A DNA stretch of 64,000 nucleotides from Octopus vulgaris. Taxonomy: Eukaryota. Of this stretch, positions 24,933-36,908 are shown piece after piece. Position numbers and translations under genes: made by a program. Positions within the stretch are counted from its first letter, which is position 1. The number at the start of each line of letters is the position of its first letter. The notes under the pieces are model-generated. The model was given only the letters and a program-made list of their open reading frames with translations, did no database searches and was not told the DNA's origin. Location: NCBI GenBank assembly GCA_951406725.2, contig OX597816.1:13454001-13518000 (forward strand), given 5' to 3'.

Positions 24933-24959
24933 CTAGCCACTGGGCCATTGCGCCTCCAC
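24932..24959 (-). mobile_element. Isolated 28-nt SINE-C head (A-box only)
   Basis: Minus strand GTGGAGGCGCAATGGCCCAGTGGCTAGG matches the family-C 5' end and stops just before GCAGCGG. Confidence 0.8.
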
Positions 24960-25084
24960 ATGTGAATTAATAAGCAAAATATTATTAGTCATCTAATACG
25001 ACCTTCCATTTATTCCACTAGCTTCACGAGATCTGATCAAAGACTTAGATTGACGATGCATAACGAAAATCGGAACAAATATCA

Positions 25085-25275
25085 ATTCAGCTTTTAAACT
25101 CCTTCGATATAACCCACTTCTCAAGTCACACTTTCCCTTCAGTGCCATTTCCATTGTTGGAAGCATTCCTGGAACTCTTCTTATAGGATAGTGAGCAGCT
25201 GCCTCGTAGCATTTTCTTAGATTTCCTTGGCATCTTAAAATCTTCCTTTCGAGTGGAATTTTATTTTGGGAAAGA
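25085..25275 (-). mobile_element. Decayed mariner transposase C-terminus
   Basis: Broken minus frames give FPKIKFHSKGRF.DAKEI.ENATRQLLTI..EEFQECFQQWKWH..GYIEG. Confidence 0.65.
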
Positions 25276-25568
25276 TTCCTGTTCGTAATAACATTTAATC
25301 AATGTCTATTTCCACAAATGCACCCAGACACACGCACACACACACAAACACACAAACACACACTTATTTTCACACACACTATTTTCTTTGCCATAGTCAC
25401 TGATTGAACCTATATGGTGTGGTGAGACTGCCATACTCTACACACTTTTTTTTCAGGGCACTGACATATACAACCGAAGTGAACGTGAACGTTATAACTT
25501 AGTATGCGTGCGTAACAGAGTTCAAGGTCAGCTGTGCCAAGCAGCATCACTCTGCGTACTTTAGATCC

Positions 25569-25582
25569 GTTACCATAGCAAC
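25569..25582. promoter_or_regulatory. Candidate RFX X-box (GTTACCATAGCAAC)
   Basis: Matches the RFX consensus GTTNCCATRGNAAC in non-repetitive sequence; TCAAGGTCA nuclear-receptor site at 25522-25530. Motif match only. Confidence 0.3.
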
Positions 25583-26340
25583 AGACCTGATACCAATGAC
25601 AATTACATTTCCCAACACTCCAAAGTACAGACGATTTGGTCGACGTGGCATATTAATAACGGTTATTTTATTGGCAAAATTATTATGAATCACAATCAAT
25701 TTCAACGAAACTTTAAACTCGGAATTGTGAATCACTCAACCGTAAAGTATATATGTCGCTTATTCACCTTTCGTACCAAAACAAGAATTATTGATCCATT
25801 ATTTTCCTCATTCGAATTTCTATGTCTATCCGTTAACAGTCTGTATACGTGGCATCGGGGAACCTTTTTATCTTCAAATGCTATTGTTTTTGGAACAGAG
25901 TATTGGGAATTCCTTTTATATTTTGCAGACCTTCTGCGATCCTTTTGACGATATTACGATACGATAAACTATTTGAAGAAGAGGAATTGTTCTGATCATC
26001 TATTTAGAAATTATGAATCGGACATTTTAAAATTGTACAAACAAGAAAGAAACGATACAGCCTTTTCACTGTCTAGAAATGTTTTTCCATGTGTGTGTGT
26101 GTGAGTGTCTTGCAAGAGAGGTCTTGCAACTCTACCAGATAGATGGAAGAGCATTGTAGAAAATGAAGGAGAATATATTTTAGATTAAAAAGGAGCTTTG
26201 TTTATTTTGGTTGTATACTGTCAACTTAACGTGAAAGTCCCGTAAAGGGAATTACCCAACCGCTATTTAGCCCTAGGAAGCATCGACGCTTCCTGTCGGC
26301 CTTGACTCATTTCCTGTGTCCTTATATATTTACGAAGGGG

Positions 26341-26449
26341 AGACAAACACCCCCAACAGCTAGGCCTGCATCTAGAGACATGCATGTTTCTGGGTCTTGC
26401 CCATCATCAGTCTATGGTAGCAAGGCCTGCTAGCTGAAGATATTTGTCT
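26341..26449 (-). ncRNA. Type I hammerhead ribozyme
   Basis: Minus strand UAGA-CUGAUGA-UGGG(CAAGA)CCCA-GAAA-CAUGCAUG-UC^UCUA: intact core, stems I-III, GUC site between 26377 and 26376. Stem I extends about 30 nt with G-U pairs. Confidence 0.8.
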
Positions 26450-26623
26450 AGACTTCATAAATATATATATTTTCAGTGAAGTTTATTCACTGATCACCAA
26501 AATCAGAAATATTAAATTTCTAAATATCTCTATGAGATATTAAGAAATTTAATATTTCTGATTTTGTTTATTTTAATTTTGAAAAATAAAAGAAGTATGA
26601 AAAACCGCATTATTCATAAAATG

Positions 26624-26720
<97 letters not shown>

Positions 26721-26880
26721 CAATTTATAAAACAAGATGGAGCGAACAGATTTTAATCACAAGTCACAACAATTGTTTTTGTGCATTGGTAACAGCTATT
26801 AGTTGTCCTGCTGTATGATGTACATAGGAGCTTTGAAATGCACGCTATGAGGTATCATCGCAATGGTATCATATATATAT

Positions 26881-27113
26881 AAGGCGGCGAGCTGGCAGAA
26901 ACGTTAGCACACCGGTCGAAATGCTTAGCGGTATTTCGTCTGCCGCTACGTTCTGAGTTCAAATTCCACTGATCTCGACTTTGCCTTTCATCCTTTCGGG
27001 GTCGATTAAGTAAGTACCAGTTACGCACTGGGGTCGATATAATCGACTTAATCCGTGTGTCTCTCCTTGTTTGTCCCCTCTGTGTTTAGCCCATTGTGGG
27101 TAGTAAAGAAATA
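26881..27113 (+). mobile_element. SINE family B
   Basis: Full length; TSD GGTATCATATATATAT (26865-26880 and 27114-27129). Confidence 0.9.
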
Positions 27114-27119
27114 GGTATC

Positions 27120-27175
<56 letters not shown>

Positions 27176-27190
27176 GTGTATGTATGTATA

Positions 27191-27244
<54 letters not shown>

Positions 27245-27700
27245 ATACATACATGATATAGATACAAATATATAGACGCATAAATGCATATATATATGTG
27301 TGTGTGTGTACTTACGTGTGTGTGTATTTTGTCTTTCACGTATGTGTGAAAATGGAACGCAGAAAAATATGACAGGTGTGTTACAAATCAAGAATATGAG
27401 ATTTACAAAGGTGTGGCAGGTAAAAAGAATAATAATATGAACGAACCAACGAAGGATTGAACGAATGAATGAATGAATGAATGAATGAAAATGAGGGGAA
27501 GGCTGTGAGAGTGTTAGTGTGCCATAGATGAAAGCAGAGGAAGGGAGATTTCAAGTGATGTAAAGAAAAGTTTACTGTCATATCAACGAAAGATATAAAG
27601 TAACACAAAATGTTGTAAAGTAGTGATCGAGATAAGAGAGTGTAAAAGATAAGGAAGAAATCCATAATGATGATATGAGAGTGAGAAGAAGTTAAGAGAG

Positions 27701-27748
<48 letters not shown>

Positions 27749-28159
27749 AACACAGGATAGAAAAATAAGTCTTTTCTTTGTAAAAGTAGAATAACAAACG
27801 TATAGAGAGTTAAGTTGAAAGCACAAAGACAGGAAGGTGTGAGATAGAGAGTACGAGAGAAGTAAATAAAAGTAAGGGAAGATCATAGGAAGGAATTGCG
27901 ACAATATGGAGGAGAAAAGGGAGATAGATAAAGAGAGAGTAGGAGAGAAAAATATGTGTAGCAATGTATAAAGGAGAAGGAAAAGAAATTGGTAGAGAAA
28001 GGATGGGGAATACGGGAGACACCGTCAGAGAAAAGATGGTAAGGCATTGAGTGGAGAAAGAAGGGAAAGTGTGTGAGAGAGAGAGAGAGAGGGGGAAGAG
28101 AGCAAGAGATAGAGAGAAATCATGTATGTGCGTGTGTCAATACCCGTATACATACTTTC

Positions 28160-29620
<1,461 letters not shown>

Positions 29621-30180
29621 GTGGGTGTGTGTTCGTAAGTGTACGTATATATCCGTTTATAATTATGTGTGGATGTGATTACAACTCGGTTCTGTTTGAG
29701 CCACTCGAGCAGAATGACTTCAAGGCGAAACAGACGGCTCATCAGAAATCATAAAATAAGATAAAATCAATACTTCACGCCATCCTTACCGTTTTACCAA
29801 TTCCACTCCTCCTCCTCCTACCCCTCTAACTGACCTGTAGTGGCTTGCAGGAAGTGTTTGAGAGTTTCATTTTACCGACAATCTCGAAAAAACACTTTTC
29901 TTCATAGCTAAAAACGGTAACCTTCTATAAGGCTGTTCTGATCACTTTGTTTGCCGTACTTCCAAACTTGTAAAATTGTCTGGAGATTATTGTTAAAGTG
30001 ATACGGTATCGATATTTTTTTTTTTTTATTCAATCTGAAGTTGTAATTCTGTCATATACCGTTTCAAGTGGGGATACATAAAGTTGTGTTGTGAGTCGAT
30101 ATATTGTAACTGTTTCTCCGATATAATGAAAGGTACACTGCGCAGTATGCTTTTTATTCTGTCTTATCTCTTTTCATTGT

Positions 30181-30213
<33 letters not shown>

Positions 30214-30330
30214 TCAGTTTAGTCCAATGATTTATACCTATTATTTTTATTTATAAATAATTAATAATAGTTAATGAATACATTAAAATATTATTCCGAA
30301 AGAAATCAAACAAAAGTTTCCCATAGCTAT

Positions 30331-30496
30331 AGGCACAAAAGTGGCTGTGTGGTAAGTAGCTTGCTTACGAACCACATAGTTCCGGGTTCAGTTTCACTCC
30401 GTGGCACCTTCAGCAAGCGTTTTCTACTATAGCCTTGGGCTGACCAAAGCCTTGTGAGTGGATTTGGTAGACGGAAACTGAAAGAAGCTCGTCGTG

Positions 30497-30554
<58 letters not shown>

Positions 30555-30766
30555 TGTGCCTGGTTTTGCCCCCCCCCCACATCGCTTGACAACCGATGCT
30601 GGTGTGTTTACGTCCCCGTACCTTAACGGTTCGGCAAAAGGGACCGATAGAATAAGTACTAGGCTTACAAAGAATAAGTCCTGAGGTCGATTTGCTCCAC
30701 TAAAGGCGGTGCTCCAGCATAGCCACAGTCAAATGACTGAAACAAGTGAAAGAGTAAAAGAGAGTA
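30331..30766 (+). mobile_element. SINE family A
   Basis: Full family-A body and tail. Confidence 0.9.
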
Positions 30767-31091
30767 AGGACATGTTGATATTTTTTCTCTTTGGATAAAG
30801 GACCTTCATTACAATTTTCCATAAGGATATCATTACTAATATGGTACCCTCTACACGGTCATCATAGTCTTAGTAGTAGCACAAAGATTTTCACTCAAAT
30901 TACATCTTAAAGATAGGAACGAAACGTTGGGTAATGCAGTCTTGGATATCCCTGAAATAGATGGTGCGATCACGATAAGAATATTTTTTTTATCATAGAT
31001 CTATTTGATAAAAACCCGACCTAGAACGAAACAGCAACGAAAATAGCAATAAACAACAGCAACACCAGAAAGAACAACAACTATTATTTAT

Positions 31092-31484
31092 TACTCCTTT
31101 ACTCTTTTACTTGTTTCAGTTATTTGACTGTGGCCATGTTGGAGCACCGCCTTTAGTCGAGCAAATCTACCCCAGGACTTATTCTTTGTAAGCCTAGTAC
31201 TTGTGCTACCGTTCTCTTTTGTCGAACCGCTAAGTTACCGGGACGTAAACACAGCAGCATCGGTTGTCAAGCGATGTTGGGGGGACAAACGCAGACACAC
31301 AGACACACACACACACATACATACAGGTTTCTTTCAGTTTCCGTCTACCAAATCCATTCACAAGGCTTTGATCGGCCTGAGGCTATAGTAGAAGACACTT
31401 GCCCAAGGTGCCACGCAGTGGGACTGAACCCGGAACCATGTGGTTCGTAAGCAAGCTACTTACCACACAGCCACTCCTACGCCT
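31092..31484 (-). mobile_element. SINE family A
   Basis: Full family-A body, tail-to-tail with the previous copy ~330 bp away. Confidence 0.9.
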
Positions 31485-31865
31485 TATTCAAGGTTTCTCT
31501 TTGTGATTGATTGACCTCTTAGAAACAGTATACAAGTTTCCTTCAAATCAGACCCTATCGTCATAGAAAAAATAAACACGAAAGAGACATCGGAAATTAT
31601 AGAAAATATAATAGTGAAGAAAGTCTGAAAAGAACTCCTTTTGTCTGAGGGCTACCAAATAGTTGTGACCTGGACGTAAACAGTAAAAATATTATAAAAT
31701 AATAACTGTTGTTTCAGGAAATTTGAGCGAACTAAAGCAAGATTTAAATTCACAACAGTAAAACAATGTAATAAAAATACACTGAAATGCTTGAATCGAA
31801 ACAAATTTCGGTGTCTTCAAACTACTAAAAACGCCGCTGTCTGTCTGTCTATCTATCTATCTATA

Positions 31866-31932
<67 letters not shown>

Positions 31933-32046
31933 ATCTACCTACCTACCTACCTACCTACCTACCTACCTACCTATCTATCTATCTATCTATCTATCTTCTA
32001 TCTATCTATCTATCTAAGTAGCTATGTAGCTATCTTGATACTTGGC

Positions 32047-32109
<63 letters not shown>

Positions 32110-33326
32110 GATTGGCTTCAAACTTGGTAAAGTAGATTGTTGTGTGTATGTGTACGTACATACATACACATATATAAGCATATATGTATATACATTTATG
32201 TACATATATCATGTTGTGTCTCGAGAGGGTCATTACGCCAATGATAATAACACACGCACTGGTTCGATATCTCATCTTTCTTATTAGTCAATTAGTTAAA
32301 TATCTACCAACTAACTAATCGATTGTTTGTTTAATGTGCTGGGTAAACAAACGGTTGTTTGTTAGTCAAAGTCCTTACGTCGCAAGGTCTGGCTTGATTC
32401 CGTCTGGAAAGACTCGAGGCAGACCTTGAAGAGAGAGAGCAGGTCATTGAAGTGGTCGCGAATAGCAACGAAAGGGCTGTGATCAACATATATTTATATA
32501 TTCATATATTTAAAACTGAGTCCGTATAGTCACCACTCGGAGTTTGTTGTTTCTGATTTTTTCTGGGTAACTGTCACTGAGGAAACGCAGTATGCTGAAA
32601 TCACACGATCTCGTACTTCCGGAGCCCATACTCGTCTGCTAACGATATACGTCTTCTCTTAGTACCGTGCGTCTGTATGATCCATATTGAGCTAGGATAT
32701 AAAGATTGCTGTATTAATGATGCTTCCATCGCAAATATCTGTAATATATATTTATTTACATAGATGTGTGTGCATATCCACTCATACATATACACATGTG
32801 TGCGTATATATATATATATATTTATATATGTATCTATGTATATACATACATACATGCATACGTATATATACACACATATATATGTGTGTGTGTTTTGTGT
32901 ATATAATTTTCTTTTCCCATTTTCCCAAAGATATTTTTCATCCACATTTAGTCGCATATGACAGATCGTCTATAGATTATCGGAGTTGTATTGCCAAATA
33001 TTTACAAAGGTTTAGCAGAGATTAGGATAAATATCTGAAGCACTTATAAGAGTTGTATTTGTAACTTTATAAGATTAACTAAACAAATTTTGAAACCTTG
33101 CCAGTTACAACATCAAGATGGTTTTCACAATGGCTACAAAAATACGTTGATGGGATTTAGTGCCGAAGTTAAATAATACACATTGACTAAGTTCCTTAAA
33201 TATATTTGCATGATAGGAAATGTGTGTGTAGAACAGAAAATGAACGGTGTTGAATATTAAGGCGATGCTGGTGAACAGCGTTCGTGAGTTTATTCATATT
33301 TCAAATAAAATATCGTTATTACTATA

Positions 33327-33710
33327 TCTTTATATATAAAAGTCAAGTTGTGTGTCTGTCTCCTACGATTTAGATTCCTAACTACTCCCACATTTTGCGG
33401 TGCAGTTTAACCAAAACCGGGTATCTTATAGTCGTGATTCATACCTTCTGGGTATTAGCGCGCGTCTACGATGAGTCTACTATTTAAAAAAAAATTTACC
33501 ATCATTTTTTCCATTTTAATGTATTTTTTCGATAAGGGAAGTAACTCTCTAAAAATGTCTACGATGAGTCAACGATTTTTAAAAAAATTTACCATCATTT
33601 TTTTTCCATTTTTAAGGCATTTTTTTGCTATTTTTTGGCTATAACTCTCTAAAAATGCTTATATAGTTATTTCCCTTACAAACCCGAGCAACGCCGGGCG
33701 ATACTGCTAG
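33327..33710 (+). mobile_element. Non-autonomous Helitron (family H1), copy 2
   Basis: A|TC..CCCGAGCAACGCCGGG..CTAG|T; internal ~90-bp tandem duplication relative to copy 1. Confidence 0.82.
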
Positions 33711-34240
33711 TTTCAAATAAAATATCGTTATTACTATATTATGAATATAATTACTTTATTATCAATATTACTTATTTTCAAGAAGCAGTACCAGTGAAAG
33801 TTCCTTGGCCCATTTTGTTGCACAGTGTCAGATATAAACCTTCTCCCCCACTCGGGAATTATACATTGTTATTTCTTTCATAATCCTTTGACTAGTTTCT
33901 AGGAAAACTTATCTATTTCGTTTTCTCACCTAGCTCATTATCTCATTGTGACTTGTACAAAATATTCTTGTCTTCCATCAACGTCCATAATTTGCCTTTT
34001 TTCTTGATTAACAATCCTTGTACGTTCTCACTCTTAATTTCAGCTTCCTCGTTCTTCATGCGATACCTTCTATCTTCCTTTGTTAGTAAGATTTTTTCTG
34101 ACCTAGTATCTCAGTTCAAATATCACCATGATCGACTTAGCTTTTCATCTTTTTTCAGATCGAGAAAATAAACCTCTAATCGAGGTAAATGACAAGCACC
34201 ATCACCAAACCTTTTCGGCGTTGCGCCTATAAATAAAAGG

Positions 34241-34450
34241 ATTGTTGTGGTTGTTGTCGTCGTTGTTGTTGTTATTTTACTTCTCAGACCGCCTGGCCTT
34301 GTTTGCTCTGGTTGATTCTGTGAAAGCGGACGGCAGCCTCTTGTCAGAGGTCTCACAGGGTATCTGCGCTCTGAACAGGCCGTACTTTTCACATAGCCTC
34401 CAGTCAACAAATTTGATCACGTTATCGTGCCGCCTTTTGTAGTGCTTTTG
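34241..34450 (-). mobile_element. Internally deleted R4/Dong-type LINE remnant
   Basis: Minus strand QKHYKRRHDNVIKFVDWRLCEKYGL (RHD motif preceding the restriction-like endonuclease), followed directly by a 3'UTR and an (AAC/AAT)n tail. Confidence 0.7.
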
Positions 34451-34454
34451 GGTC

Positions 34455-34697
34455 AGACAAACACACAGACAGGCAAAGAGATAGATAGATATATAGACAG
34501 ACAGACAGACAGATAGATAAATAAATAGATAGATAGATAGATAGATAGATAAGTTTCTTTATTGGCCACACAGGGCTGCACACAGATGGACAAATTAGAA
34601 AGTAGAGATTTTCTTTTGGGAGAATGAAAAAAAAAGAAAGAAAAAAAAGTGGCGTAGGTTTTCTATCAAAAGGGATAGGTAAATAGATAGACAGAGC

Positions 34698-34728
<31 letters not shown>

Positions 34729-34740
34729 CGACAGACAGAC

Positions 34741-34810
<70 letters not shown>

Positions 34811-34888
34811 GTAGAGAGATAGACAAAATGTATTATTATCTTTATCATCATCATCATCATCATTATTTATTATTATTATTATTATTAT

Positions 34889-34932
<44 letters not shown>

Positions 34933-34997
34933 ATGGTAGCAGCAGTAGTCGTAGTAGCAGTAGTAGTAGTAGTAGTAGTAGTAGTGATGGTAGCAGC

Positions 34998-35048
<51 letters not shown>

Positions 35049-35109
35049 GGTGGTGGTGGCAGGAATAGTAGTGGTAGCAGCAGCAGCAGCAGTGGTAGTA
35101 GTAGTAGTG

Positions 35110-35149
<40 letters not shown>

Positions 35150-35649
35150 AAGTAGTAGTGGTAGTGGTGATGGTAGTGTTGGAGGGAGTAGCAGCAATAG
35201 CAGTAGTAACAGCAGCAGCAGTGGTCATAGTAGCTGTGGTAGCAGCAGCAGTAGTAGTGGTAGTAGTAGTAGTAGTAGGCATAGTAGAAGGAGTAGTAGT
35301 AGTACCCAGAGGGGAGAGAATTTGTTTGGACTAAGACTTCAATGGGGAAAAAAAGGGGAAAAAAAACATCAAATACAAATTTAGGGGAGAAGGATACTTT
35401 TCTGGGAATAAATGTCAAACAGAGAAGGAGGATAAGTGGGTTTTATGAAAGTGACCCTTATATATATATAATACCCTACATATATACGTATGTATATGTA
35501 TATATATATATATGTGTGTGTGTGTGTATTATATATGTGTGTATATATATATATATATATAGCGACGGATTAGACAGAGAAACAACCAGCCAGATAGATA
35601 GATACATACATACAGACAGACGGACAAACAAACACACAGACAGGCAAAA

Positions 35650-35698
<49 letters not shown>

Positions 35699-35702
35699 GG
35701 TA

Positions 35703-35758
<56 letters not shown>

Positions 35759-35875
35759 GGATTAGACATATATACATATATATATATATATATATACATA
35801 CAGACAGACGGACAAACAAACACAGACAGGCAAAATACAGACAGATATACATATATATATATATATATACGTATG

Positions 35876-35913
<38 letters not shown>

Positions 35914-36041
35914 TGTGTGTGTGATAGTGTATATATATATATATATTTATATATAGCGACGGATTAGACAGGGAAACAACCAGCCAGATAGATAGATACA
36001 TACATACAGACAGACGGACAAACAAACACACAGACAGGCAA

Positions 36042-36116
<75 letters not shown>
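34455..36116. repeat. Compound (GATA)n/(GACA)n/(TAG)n/(GTG)n/(GCA)n/(TA)n satellite block with ~110-bp internal duplication (35556-35665 / 35950-36060)
   Basis: Directly visible. Confidence 0.9.
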
Positions 36117-36117
<1 letters not shown>

Positions 36118-36337
36118 GAGAATCGACAGAGTCACTAGAGTGTTAGACTCTCGCGCCTTGTTTGTTTTGCTCTCTATTTTCTATGTTCAAATTTCTCTAA
36201 GGTCAACTTTCCTTTACTTCGTTTTGGAGGTTGGTAAAAATTACTTTGGGCATACGACAGTTTAACATAATAGCAACGATACATACATACATGCATACAT
36301 ACATACATACATACATACATACATACATAGGCTTAGC

Positions 36338-36908
36338 ATTGGATTGTCCAGAAAGTTCGTGCCGATTTTTGAAGGGAAGAAAAAGGTCAATAAAAACTTG
36401 CCATTACATTTTTAATCAACCAAATATGAACCATTTTCTTGCACACTACGTCTCCATCTTTCCTTTAATTTGAAAATACTCACTTCCCAGAATTGAGGTG
36501 GTTTCATGGCAAAGAATTCATCAAGATATCTTTTTATAACATCGTGCAAGGAATTGTAAATTTTTACCATTAAAACTATTCTGCAGAGACCTGAATAAGT
36601 GGAAATCCGAAGGAACAATATCTGGTGAATATGGAGGGTGGGGTAACACATCCCAGCTGAGCTGCAGCAATTTTTGTCTGAATTCCAAAGCACCAAGTGC
36701 CGAAAATGAACTTTCTTATCTTCCACTTTAAAGGGTTACAGAATTAACACAGGTTATAGGAACATAAACCTTCTTCCACGAAAAGATAGCTTAAACTGTG
36801 CTCTAAATGGAGGTGTAGTTAAATCTTATTTTATGGACTCTACCATGTTCTAAAATAAGTCGAAAGGTTAGCTACTATAAATCGGCACGAACTTTCCGGA
36901 CAACCCAA
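36338..36908 (-). mobile_element. Internally deleted mariner element with both TIRs
   Basis: TIRs TTGGATTGTCCAGAAAGTTCGTGCCGATTT and AAATCGGCACGAACTTTCCGGACAACCCAA. Minus strand MEDKKVHFRHL is fused to PHPPYSPDIVPSDFHLFRSLQN..LKERWRRSVQENGSYLVD. Confidence 0.9.

Noticed and set aside
24325-24936. 203-aa plus-strand ORF, the longest non-repeat ORF in the track
   Set aside because: Antisense shadow of the minus-strand gag-like frame, which has the recognisable knuckle and a homologue at 13981-14090.
29690-29750. Hairpin with CTGATGAGCC on the minus strand and GGCGAAAC on the plus strand
   Set aside because: The two core halves are on opposite strands; no consistent hammerhead fold.
32577-32605. 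CTGAGGAAACGCAGTATGCTGAAATC hammerhead-like string
   Set aside because: Stem II is misregistered and there is no stem III or stem I; too degenerate to call.
34595-35418. Poly-T/V/L/Y ORFs that look like a mucin or membrane protein (also 38798-39217)
   Set aside because: Pure trinucleotide satellite embedded in other microsatellites, with no splice or unique-sequence support.
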